From: a virus
Taxonomy: Duplodnaviria > Caudoviricetes
IMG/VR virus record: IMGVR_UViG_3300042922_000732
Coordinates: 1-57,719 of that record
Length of the DNA stretch: 57,719 bases
Reading direction: 5' to 3' (one strand)
Below the pieces are notes generated by a model that had not been told where the DNA came from, searched no databases, and saw only the letters and a list, made by a program, of their open reading frames with translations. Positions 1 through 8,138 of this stretch are shown in pieces; position 1 is the first letter of the stretch; each line of letters starts with the position of its first letter. The position numbers were made by a program, and so were the translations under genes.

Positions 1-172
1 ATAAATTATCAACCCCAACAACTTTTAAATCATTAGTTCTTGGTGCTACTGATAAATATCTTATTGAATTTCCCTTACTTCCTGCATATGGATCTACATA
101 TTTTACATTTTCCAAGCCTTTAATTTTCCTTAATTTATGCAACGGGTAATAAGTCGTCATCAATTTAGCATG
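1..172 (-). pseudogene. 3' part of interrupted host gene (probable FAD-dependent oxidoreductase); continues beyond window start
   Basis: Minus strand reads HAKLMTTYYPLHKLRKIKGLENVKYVDPYAGSKGNSIRYLSVAPRTNDLKVVGVDNL, open to the edge and in frame with the 5' part at the right end; the product name is recalled from similar clostridial proteins. Confidence 0.8.
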
Positions 173-197
173 TGCAATGTGAATAAAACTGCAACAT
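166..197. other. Left attachment junction (core TAGCATG plus phage arm GTGAA…AACTGCAACAT)
   Basis: Core 166-172; AACTGCAACAT (187-197) is the perfect inverse of ATGTTGCAGTT (57466-57476), and GTGAA (179-183) of TTCAC (57480-57484), giving a symmetric 52-bp attP. Confidence 0.9.
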
Positions 198-445
198 TTA
201 AAAAAGTATTTGAAACTACAGAAGAAAGTGTTTCTACATTATATAAAGAACTTCCAGAATACACTACAGCACAAAAAGTTTATAAAGTTAGAATGTTAAA
301 TAATCTCACTCAAAAAGAATTCGCTAATAAGAGTGGGGTTGGATATTCCACAATATGCAAATATGAGACTGGTTATAATACAAGCAAAAATAATATTAAA
401 AAAATATGTAATACATTTAACTTGCCATACGATTATTTTTACTAA
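170..445 (+). CDS. XRE-family HTH domain; likely the C-terminal domain of the integrase in the excised (attP) form
   Basis: VRMLNNLTQKEFANKSGVGYSTICKYETG is a classic XRE HTH; the ATG at 170 is within the att core, has no RBS, and is in the integrase frame after excision. Confidence 0.8.
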   Translation: MCNVNKTATFKKVFETTEESVSTLYKELPEYTTAQKVYKVRMLNNLTQKEFANKSGVGYSTICKYETGYNTSKNNIKKICNTFNLPYDYFY

Positions 446-487
446 TAAAAAACTGGAAATTCTTTTTTGAATTCCAGTTTTTTATTA
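443..487. terminator. Bidirectional intrinsic terminator
   Basis: AAAAAACTGGAA…TTCCAGTTTTTT hairpin between convergent ORFs. Confidence 0.8.
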
Positions 488-547
488 TCTTCTTTTTTTA
501 ATAATTAAAATTACGCGCTTAGTTTTTTTGTCACTCTCACCACTCAT
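485..547 (-). CDS. 20-aa basic micro-ORF MSGESDKKTKRVILIIKKRR (AimX-position candidate)
   Basis: Strong RBS AGGGGAG upstream; own promoter TTTACA-17-TATAAT at 624-652. Confidence 0.5.
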   Translation of the reverse strand: MSGESDKKTKRVILIIKKRR

Positions 548-623
548 TTGTTATTCGCTCCCCTTATATCTTCCTTTAATTTCCCTTAGGAGGTTGATGC
601 ATAAACGTTTCTTTATGTAAATT

Positions 624-652
624 ATTATATAAAGTTATTCAATATTTGTAAA
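624..652 (-). promoter_or_regulatory. Sigma-A-like promoter
   Basis: TTTACA (652-647), 17-bp spacer, TATAAT (629-624). Confidence 0.6.
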
Positions 653-658
653 ATAATA

Positions 659-696
659 AAAAGTTGCCAAAACTCTATTGAATTTTGGCAACTTTT
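659..696. terminator. Terminator downstream of the pro-peptide gene
   Basis: AAAAGTTGCCAAAA…TTTTGGCAACTTTT inverted repeat. Confidence 0.8.
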
Positions 697-751
697 CTAG
701 TTTTTTTTGCAACATTTTTAACATTTTTTCTTTTAATTTGCTTTGATTATT

Positions 752-910
752 TTACCATCCGCCTGGATCATTAGATTGTAGATGAATTTGATTAGTGCTA
801 GACATTGTGCCATTTTTAGCATTGTTAGTACTTGTAGTTTGACTTGATGCAAATGCAACATTTGTTAATAACATTGATGTTGCAACCACTGCTAATATAA
901 TTTTTTTCAT
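752..910 (-). CDS. Secreted RRNPP signalling pro-peptide, 52 aa (MKKIILAVVATSMLLTNVAFA-SSQTTSTNNAKNGTMSSTNQIHLQSNDPGGW)
   Basis: GGAGGT RBS; Sec signal peptide ending AFA; S/T/N-rich linker; C-terminal SNDPGGW; directly downstream of an HTH-TPR receptor; absent from the ORF track. Confidence 0.9.
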   Translation of the reverse strand: MKKIILAVVATSMLLTNVAFASSQTTSTNNAKNGTMSSTNQIHLQSNDPGGW

Positions 911-1022
911 GAATAATACCTCCATATAAGTTTACTTTTTTTACATTTCTTCTGTAAACATTGTAACATATTAACAGAATAAGACGATTAAAAAATATAT
1001 ATTTCCTAATTTTTTAATTTTA

Positions 1023-2324
1023 TCAAAGATTTTCTATTAATTTATCATTAAATAGATTGCTTTTCTCCTCATTTCGATATTTATAATACTTTACAAGTTT
1101 GGCATAAATCTTATTGTAATCCACCATTAAGCTTTTCTCTTTTTTAATCAATGCTTCTATATTGGATTCATCTTCTCTTTCCATATAAATTTCTAATAAA
1201 TCATTAAGTGTTTTTTTCGTAACCTCTGTATCGTCTGCCTTATTTTTTTCACATACTTCTAATGCTCTTAGAAGATATGACTCGTAATCTCCATTTATAG
1301 ATTTATAAACCAACGATGCAAAATATAAATTTTCCGCTAAATACCAATTTCCAGGATTATGTTCTAAAGATTTATCAATTGATATTTGTGCATCTTTATA
1401 TTTCCTTTGTTTTAAATAAACTTCTGCTACATTCCTGTATGTCATTGCTATCAAACCTTTATCATTTATTCGAGCTACTGGTTCCATTATTTCAATAAAT
1501 CTATTGGCAGCTTCTTCTAATTCATTGTTATCAAGCAGGCAATTTGCATATAGCATCTTAATGTCAAGTTTCCTTCTATCATTCAACTCAAATTCATCTG
1601 TAAGTTTTTTTAAATATTTTTTTGCTTTATCATATTTTTCGGTTTTCTTATATATTAATGCTTTGTTAAAATAAATTCGCTGAGAAATTTCAGAATTATT
1701 TAAGTCTTTATTTATTTTAAGCGCATAATTAAGCTGTTCTAATGCTGGTTCATAATTTTTCCGTGCAACATCGTTCCGAGATTTGCTAATATATAAATTA
1801 GCTTCACCATGTATGTTATTTGAATTAAGACATATTTTTAATCCGCAGCTACACATTTGATCACTTCTTGTATATTTTTCCTTAAAGTAATAAATAGTTG
1901 CAGCTAATTTATACATTTCAATTTTCATATCATCTTTAATATTATATTTTTTTATTAAATTTTCTCCATAATTAAGTTTCCCCTCTAAATCACACAGTTC
2001 TTTAATATCATTTAAGGCATGTATAATACTTTTTGAAAATACATTGTTAGCTTGACTATCTTCATCTTCAGTTAATTGCTCAGCTGTAATGTGATCAATC
2101 TTAATCTCTTTCATATCTATAACTTTATTAATGTTCTTTGTAATTCCAATAGCCAATTTATAGCTTAAATGCTTCTTGCCATTTTCAATCCGACTAATTA
2201 AAAATTTTGAACATACTCTGTCGGCAACATCATCTTGAGTTGCTCCAATGAGTATTCTAAAATTCTTTAATTTTAAATTTGGAGACATAATTTCATTATC
2301 AAACATTTTTTGCTTTCCCTTCAT
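1023..2324 (-). CDS. RRNPP-family peptide receptor / transcription regulator (N-terminal XRE HTH plus TPR repeats)
   Basis: LKNFRILIGATQDDVADRVCSKFLISRIENG HTH followed by multiple TPR-like helical repeats; adjacent pro-peptide gene. Confidence 0.88.
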   Translation of the reverse strand: MKGKQKMFDNEIMSPNLKLKNFRILIGATQDDVADRVCSKFLISRIENGKKHLSYKLAIGITKNINKVIDMKEIKIDHITAEQLTEDEDSQANNVFSKSIIHALNDIKELCDLEGKLNYGENLIKKYNIKDDMKIEMYKLAATIYYFKEKYTRSDQMCSCGLKICLNSNNIHGEANLYISKSRNDVARKNYEPALEQLNYALKINKDLNNSEISQRIYFNKALIYKKTEKYDKAKKYLKKLTDEFELNDRRKLDIKMLYANCLLDNNELEEAANRFIEIMEPVARINDKGLIAMTYRNVAEVYLKQRKYKDAQISIDKSLEHNPGNWYLAENLYFASLVYKSINGDYESYLLRALEVCEKNKADDTEVTKKTLNDLLEIYMEREDESNIEALIKKEKSLMVDYNKIYAKLVKYYKYRNEEKSNLFNDKLIENL

Positions 2325-2394
2325 TCTGGAATTTAATATATACCTAACAAAAGAAAAGCTTGTATATGTAAATTGGTTCTATATTATATAAATA

Positions 2395-2507
2395 TAGACA
2401 AATATTCATAAATATAATATAATTACATTGCTAACATTCTTTTGTTAGTATTGGACGCTCTGCAATGCAAGATGGTCAAATCAGTGTATTGCAGAGTTAT
2501 TTTTTCT
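2395..2507 (+). ncRNA. Candidate ~80-nt small RNA divergent from the RRNPP receptor
   Basis: TAGACA-17-TATAAT (2395-2423), hairpin CTAACA…TGTTAG, terminator CTCTGCAAT…ATTGCAGAG plus T-rich run; no ORF. Confidence 0.5.
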
Positions 2508-2643
2508 CTAAGATTAATTTTACTAAAATATAGTAAAACATAAAACTGCTTTTTATTCCCCAAATTAGACTTTTAATTCTCATTTTACCAATTATTTCCC
2601 TTGTAAACATTTTCTTTTATAGAATTACATCTAAACCATTAGA

Positions 2644-3066
2644 TCACACCCATCCCAACAGTTTTCTTTCTAGCAAATCCCAATCATATTCTCTAGCCTC
2701 AAAATTATCAAACTTTGTTTTTGGATTCCACCCACCAGAGTCATTATCTACCACCTTAAAAGCATTCTTCACTTTACTTATGTTATTAATGGCCCAAAGA
2801 GTATATCCATACAAATTGTTTGCGCCCTTATCAGCTGCATAATTAAATGCCTCAATTATTTTATCAACTTTATCTTTAGCAACTTTTAAAAGACTCTTAG
2901 CCTGTTTCTGTGTAAATCCTAATTCTATTATTTTATTTTCCTCTTCTGTAATCTCTGTAAAATGTATTTGTCCGGCTACTGGAGGTTTTCCATCGCTATC
3001 TACTGGCTTATTTATAAACAAATACTTTAGTAATTTATAAGTGTTCTTCTTACCGACTTTAGTCAT
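2644..3066 (-). CDS. Protein resembling the C-terminal part of DnaD/DnaB-like replication initiators (possibly truncated)
   Basis: C-terminal KFDNFEAREYDWDLLERKLLGW resembles clostridial phage and host replication-initiator tails. Confidence 0.55.
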   Translation of the reverse strand: MTKVGKKNTYKLLKYLFINKPVDSDGKPPVAGQIHFTEITEEENKIIELGFTQKQAKSLLKVAKDKVDKIIEAFNYAADKGANNLYGYTLWAINNISKVKNAFKVVDNDSGGWNPKTKFDNFEAREYDWDLLERKLLGWV

Positions 3067-3223
3067 TATTATTCCACCCCCTTAATTCATTTCACCGTAT
3101 AAATCATTTTATTGTATGAAACAATATTAAATCATTTTGCCGTATAAGTCAACCATTATCATTATACTTTTTATTCACTTTGTGATATAATTAATTTATA
3201 AGATAAAAAACGGAGTTGATTGA

Positions 3224-3385
3224 ATGGATAAAAAAATATCTAAAAATGAAAACCGAGAAAAACTAACTGTTCTTGTAGATAAAGACATTAAAAAGGATAT
3301 GAAAAAAGAAATTGTAGATCTTGATTGCTCTATGGGAGAATTTATAGAAATGATTTTTAATATTTACAAGGATACTAAAAAATAA
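3224..3385 (+). CDS. Small ribbon-helix-helix (CopG-like) DNA-binding protein, 53 aa
   Basis: GGAG RBS; REKLTVLVDKDIKKDMKKEIVDLDCSMGEFIEMIF has an RHH pattern; followed by a terminator hairpin. Confidence 0.6.
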   Translation: MDKKISKNENREKLTVLVDKDIKKDMKKEIVDLDCSMGEFIEMIFNIYKDTKK

Positions 3386-3512
3386 GACATTAGAATTAAA
3401 TCTGATGTCTTATTTTTTTGTTCTAATACTAAGTAGTATGTATAGATAATTAATATTTTTTAATTAATATAAGCTTAAGTAATATAGCGTTCTAAAAGTG
3501 TAACCTTTTTCG

Positions 3513-3578
3513 AGTTCCATTAATGAAACCTAATCTAGTTACTATTTTAGAACTTGATTAGGTTTCATTAATGGAACT
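3513..3578. repeat. 23-bp perfect inverted repeat; each arm holds a 16-bp quasi-palindrome GTTCCATTAATGAAAC
   Basis: AGTTCCATTAATGAAACCTAATC (3513-3535) / GATTAGGTTTCATTAATGGAACT (3556-3578). Confidence 0.85.
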
Positions 3579-4108
3579 TTTGTAATATTTTAGTATTGTG
3601 AATTAAACACGCTTACATTTATCTCTATATTTGCCAAAATCCCTATAAGTTAATTCTGTGATTTTATACATATCACTTTATGGACATTCCTGAATAGTAT
3701 TTAAAACTATTTGCCTTACAGATAAATCATGTCTCGCTAATCCATAGCAGGATAATACATTATGAACTAACATCCAATCATGTCTTTGTTGTGTTATTAA
3801 CCTATCTATAAAATAATACTGATCGCCTTGATATACCTTATTTAATTTAACTGCACATATTTTATAAGGTATTATGCTATTCTCTTTTAAATAACTCCAA
3901 ATCTTTGATTATCAAATAAATCACCATAACCATCTGAAGGAGTAAATAAATAATAATGTTCTTCTTCCATAAATCCTCTCTTAATCTAATTTATGTAAAT
4001 TTCCAAACGGCAAATATCCTGCAAAATCCTTTATAAACAAAAAAAGCAAGGGAAACTTAAGGAAAAATACAACTAGTGTATTCCTCAAATCCTTGCAATT
4101 ACTTGCTG

Positions 4109-4144
4109 CGAGATAAGCCGTAAGCCGAGTTCTATATTATGATA
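4109..4144 (-). ncRNA. 3'-end fragment resembling RNase P RNA (rnpB), followed by a terminator
   Basis: Minus strand TATCATAATATAGAACTCGGCTTACGGCTTATCTCG matches the AGAACnCGGCTTA P4/CR-V motif; no 5' GGAAAGTCC half seen nearby. Confidence 0.55.
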
Positions 4145-4278
4145 TGCCCGTATTTTTTAATATCTATATGTATCTCAGAATATCTTACGTGCTTTGAAAA
4201 TACTAATTATAAAAGTACTTTTATATTTGTTTGTAACTTATTATATTTTAACACAAACAATCTTTCCTCTTGTTTATA

Positions 4279-4334
4279 ATAACTTTAAAAGGCCAAGAAT
4301 TAAATAAGCATCTTGGTCTTTTAAAAGCATTTTC
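4279..4334. repeat. Cassette-end hairpin, copy 1 (copy 2 at 5865-5915)
   Basis: ATAACTTTAAAAGGCCAAGA…TCTTGGTCTTTTAAAAGCATTTTC. Confidence 0.7.
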
Positions 4335-4394
4335 TAATTTAAATTATCATAACATTCATTATTATAGAACATAAAAACAGAAAACTTTATTCAT

Positions 4395-5528
4395 TTAAAA
4401 TGGCATATCATCATCTTCTTCATATTCTATTTTTATTGTCTCCAATCTCGTTGTTATATTACTAATTAATATGTTTTGTCTAGTATTGCTTAACTTTTTA
4501 AAAAATGCATAAAACTCTCTAATTGTTTCAATCTTAATATCTTTTTTGGTAATATATGTATAACCACAATCAATGAAACAGGATATTAAATCATTATTAT
4601 TTTGAAGCACTTGTTCCAGTAAAGAATTTTTAATTACCGATTCCAGTGAATTAATTATTTTTTTAGGTTCATTTACAGTACTAAGTCCATTCTTTATAAA
4701 TTTTATATGCGAAATTAGTTCTTCTACAAAAGTTATATAAATAGATTTTTCATAATTAGTAAAATCTATTTCTACAAATGTATCTTCAGAAAGACATTGC
4801 ATAATTTCATAAAATGATTCAATTCGTTTCTTTGGATTGGCTACTATCATTTTATCAATTATATGTTGATATTTAAAATCAGAAACATCATAATCTTCTA
4901 ACAACTTATTAAATAACTTTCCAAGAAAATATATTTCGGTTTGATGATTATACTTTCTGTCATGTATTTCTTCTGGAAAATCACTCACTGGCCAATTAAG
5001 TAATATACTTGCTTCTTTCTCAGATTCAATTTCAATCTTTTTTCCAAATCCAAAATCTATTATTTTAACAACTCCATCATTGGTTATAAGTATATTTTCA
5101 TTTCTAATATCTCTATGTAATACTTTATTCTGCTCTAGATATTCAAACCCTTCGATTAACTGGATAAATATACTTTCAAAAACTTCATTACTTTGAAAAA
5201 ATAAATAGTTATCGATAGTTTCTCCTTCAATATTTTCCATAAGAATATATCCAGTAGTATGTTCGGGATATAAAAAATAATTATATATCCTCACAATATT
5301 TTTGTGTGATAATAAATACATTATTTTTATCTCATCTATAAATCTAGGAAAATACTCATTTTGCTTGTCAGCATTATAAGTAGAATATTTTTTACAAACA
5401 AAATTCATTCCTGTGATTTCATCTTTTACTAGAATAGCTTTCCCAGTGCCACCTCGTCCAACTTTCCTTTGATACGTGTACTCTTTTTGCCTTAAAAACT
5501 TTACTATATGACCTGGATTCATATCCAT
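4395..5528 (-). CDS. Hanks-type Ser/Thr protein kinase, putative anti-phage
   Basis: GRGGTG P-loop, VCKK, HRDIRNEN, IDFGFG; C-terminus EEDDDMPF. Confidence 0.9.
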   Translation of the reverse strand: MDMNPGHIVKFLRQKEYTYQRKVGRGGTGKAILVKDEITGMNFVCKKYSTYNADKQNEYFPRFIDEIKIMYLLSHKNIVRIYNYFLYPEHTTGYILMENIEGETIDNYLFFQSNEVFESIFIQLIEGFEYLEQNKVLHRDIRNENILITNDGVVKIIDFGFGKKIEIESEKEASILLNWPVSDFPEEIHDRKYNHQTEIYFLGKLFNKLLEDYDVSDFKYQHIIDKMIVANPKKRIESFYEIMQCLSEDTFVEIDFTNYEKSIYITFVEELISHIKFIKNGLSTVNEPKKIINSLESVIKNSLLEQVLQNNNDLISCFIDCGYTYITKKDIKIETIREFYAFFKKLSNTRQNILISNITTRLETIKIEYEEDDDMPF

Positions 5529-5864
5529 TTATTTCACCCGCCTCAATAAAATAATATATATTAATATCTAAATAATAATTTACTTTGAGTATTTTTTCTG
5601 CATCTATTTCCTAATTGTAGCATACTCTACCAATAAAGTACTAGTGTAAATTAATTACTACTATTATTACAAATATCACTTTATGAGATTTAAACTCACG
5701 ATTTCTGGATTCTGTTTTATATCAAAAATTCTTTTATCAAATGCTCTTATACATTCTTATTACTAGGTTGTACATTCTTATAATATCTTGCACTTTCTTA
5801 ACTTTAATAAAACTTATGTGTTAAAAATATGTTAATATGTGTTATAGAATTTTACTTGTTTCTT

Positions 5865-5915
5865 ATAACTTTAAAAGACCAAGAAAATAAATCTCGGTCT
5901 TTTAAAGTCATTTTC
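5865..5915. repeat. Cassette-end hairpin, copy 2
   Basis: ATAACTTTAAAAGACCAAGA…TCTCGGTCTTTTAAAGTCATTTTC. Confidence 0.7.
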
Positions 5916-6018
5916 AAACAAATCCAAAATATCATTACCTACTTCGAATTATAAATCTATCTAAATTTTTTTCTAAATTAAAATAAGATATTATTTTAAA
6001 TAGATGTAGAACCGAAAC

Positions 6019-7149
6019 TTATAATACAGTGTTTACCCATTCATAAATACTGTTTACAGTACCTAAACACAATCTGTAAGTATTCTCAAAATAATCCCTA
6101 TCTATTTTAGCTATTTCATTCTCACTTAGGCTATGAATATTAAATTTCTCCATATATTTTTTATCAACTTTCCCTTGATTATGGAGATGAATATTTCTTC
6201 TATTCAAACATTCCATCAAAGTACTAAAATTTTGAACAATGTAATCTACTCCCAAATCTTTTAATATCTCAACTAAATCTTTAATGTATTTTCCTTTTAA
6301 TCCCTCATTAACTATATTATCTTTAAATTCATTAAAGTTTTCATAGTTACTCAAATCCCTCATTTTCATGTTTTTATCTTTATTGTATAACTTATCTATA
6401 TATTCAAAAAACCTATTATTCATAAGTAACTTAACCATATCAAAAACCACTGCATCAAAACCTGCTACCAAAAGTATAAACCCCTGCCTATATATATTAA
6501 GAATATTTTTCTCATTATTCATGTTAAATAGTATTTCGGCTTGTCCTATTTCTTCTGAAACATATTCTAATGCATCAATTTCTTCAATTATTACTTTATA
6601 TAAAAAAGTATTTTTTATATATTTATCTTCTCCTCTAGATACTTTTTCATTATATTCATCAACGAAATCCATATTATGTATCTTTTGAAAATCTAATAGA
6701 GACTTTATTTCTTTATCAAAATACCTACCCAATTCCTCTAAAGTTTGAATTGGCTCTTCAATCTCTTCATAACCCATTGTTACATATGTTAATACAGATT
6801 CAATAGTATCATCTTTCTTTACATTCTCAATTATCCCATGCATCAATATCTCATTAGCTGTTCCTTTAATTTCTTCAATTTTACTAGGTAACATTAAATA
6901 ATACTTTTTTAACGTTTCTAATATTAGACTAGGTGTTGATAAATATATATTTTCATTTTCTTCTTCATCATAGGAATCAGTGTATATTTTAAACTTCAAT
7001 AATATTTTAAAAATATTATCTATATTCCTCCACTCTGGTAAACTTGTATTCTCTTCCATGAAGTCAATATACTTCTTGATACTTTCACTTTCTTTTTCAA
7101 ATCTATTCCTAATATCAACCAAACTTTCTTTATTATCAATCATAAACAA
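6019..7149 (-). CDS. Putative HEPN-domain RNase (C-terminal RxxxxH)
   Basis: RRNIHLHNQG motif preceded by RQGFILLVAGFDAVVFD helix, as in RiboL-PSP/MAE_28990-like HEPNs. Confidence 0.65.
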   Translation of the reverse strand: MFMIDNKESLVDIRNRFEKESESIKKYIDFMEENTSLPEWRNIDNIFKILLKFKIYTDSYDEEENENIYLSTPSLILETLKKYYLMLPSKIEEIKGTANEILMHGIIENVKKDDTIESVLTYVTMGYEEIEEPIQTLEELGRYFDKEIKSLLDFQKIHNMDFVDEYNEKVSRGEDKYIKNTFLYKVIIEEIDALEYVSEEIGQAEILFNMNNEKNILNIYRQGFILLVAGFDAVVFDMVKLLMNNRFFEYIDKLYNKDKNMKMRDLSNYENFNEFKDNIVNEGLKGKYIKDLVEILKDLGVDYIVQNFSTLMECLNRRNIHLHNQGKVDKKYMEKFNIHSLSENEIAKIDRDYFENTYRLCLGTVNSIYEWVNTVL

Positions 7150-7192
7150 TCCTCATTCCATTTTATAAAGTCTCAAGTTATCTTTTTACATA

Positions 7193-7528
7193 TTAAATTA
7201 ATATTTCTTTAAATTCAGTTAATATTGATTCTACACACTCCTTTGATAGTTCTCCCAGTTCTTTATCTTCAATATAACAATACTTGTCTATAAAATTATC
7301 AATTGCAATCATTTTTTCCTTATCCTCATAACATCTAGCTAATGTTGATACTAGCGCAACATACAACCCACCTTTTGTTCTTATTGAATCTGCAAGAACT
7401 ATTCCACCATAGGTAAACATTTTGATGTCAGAATATCTATTATCCGCAAGTGAAGTGAATTTTGCTCTTATTATATGTTCACATCTTATAGATAGATTTA
7501 CTAAATCCGAATTTGTCATAATATCCAT
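7193..7528 (-). CDS. Hypothetical protein
   Basis: AGGAG RBS; co-oriented within the cargo cluster. Confidence 0.7.
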   Translation of the reverse strand: MDIMTNSDLVNLSIRCEHIIRAKFTSLADNRYSDIKMFTYGGIVLADSIRTKGGLYVALVSTLARCYEDKEKMIAIDNFIDKYCYIEDKELGELSKECVESILTEFKEILI

Positions 7529-7544
7529 CTCCTTTTTTCATCTT

Positions 7545-7961
7545 CTAATCTTCTAACACAGTAATATTTACTTGTCTTAAATAATCATCGAAATCTCTGT
7601 AATGAGGAATACAAGCATTTATTAAATTCCCAATAGCATATTGCTTTCTTGTTATTGTCATATCAAATATTCTTGGATATGGAATAAAACTTCTAATACC
7701 ATCTATGTCTACTCCATAAAATGCCTCTACCATATTTCCATTATACATAAGAAGATATCTTTTCTTATATGGTCTATTGTTAAAAAAACTATGTGCCCAT
7801 TGTTCACCAAATTCCTCATCTCTTTCATCTGGCCAGCTTCTATCACTCAATATTGATATATTAATATTATTTCTATAAATACAAAGTCCAAAGTCATCAT
7901 CATAATTCCAATCACTGGGATAACTTTCCATTATCATTTGTATAAACTCATCATAATTCAT
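7545..7961 (-). CDS. Hypothetical protein
   Basis: AGGGGTG RBS; TATAAT upstream. Confidence 0.75.
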   Translation of the reverse strand: MNYDEFIQMIMESYPSDWNYDDDFGLCIYRNNINISILSDRSWPDERDEEFGEQWAHSFFNNRPYKKRYLLMYNGNMVEAFYGVDIDGIRSFIPYPRIFDMTITRKQYAIGNLINACIPHYRDFDDYLRQVNITVLED

Positions 7962-8138
7962 TATTTACACCCCTTTCTATATTATAATAATTATTCATAT
8001 AATAGCAAAATCCTCTTTTATTTAAAACTTTTTAACATAACTTTATCATGTCAAACTTCATTAAATAATTTATCTATAATGCTAATTAGCCTAAAATAAA
8101 AAGAGATATTGCGCTTACACACAATATCTCTTTTTATT

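Noticed and set aside
137-169. ORF-track start at 137 for the HTH protein
   Set aside because: Lies in host sequence outside the att core, antisense to the host gene, with no RBS.
3680-3970. RBS-led reading frame MEEEHYYLFTPSDGYG… on the minus strand
   Set aside because: Broken by stops and frameshifts; no family recognised, at most a decayed gene.
4145-4153. GCCCGTAT match to sequence next to the right att core
   Set aside because: Short chance match; the true left junction at 166-172 restores the host frame.
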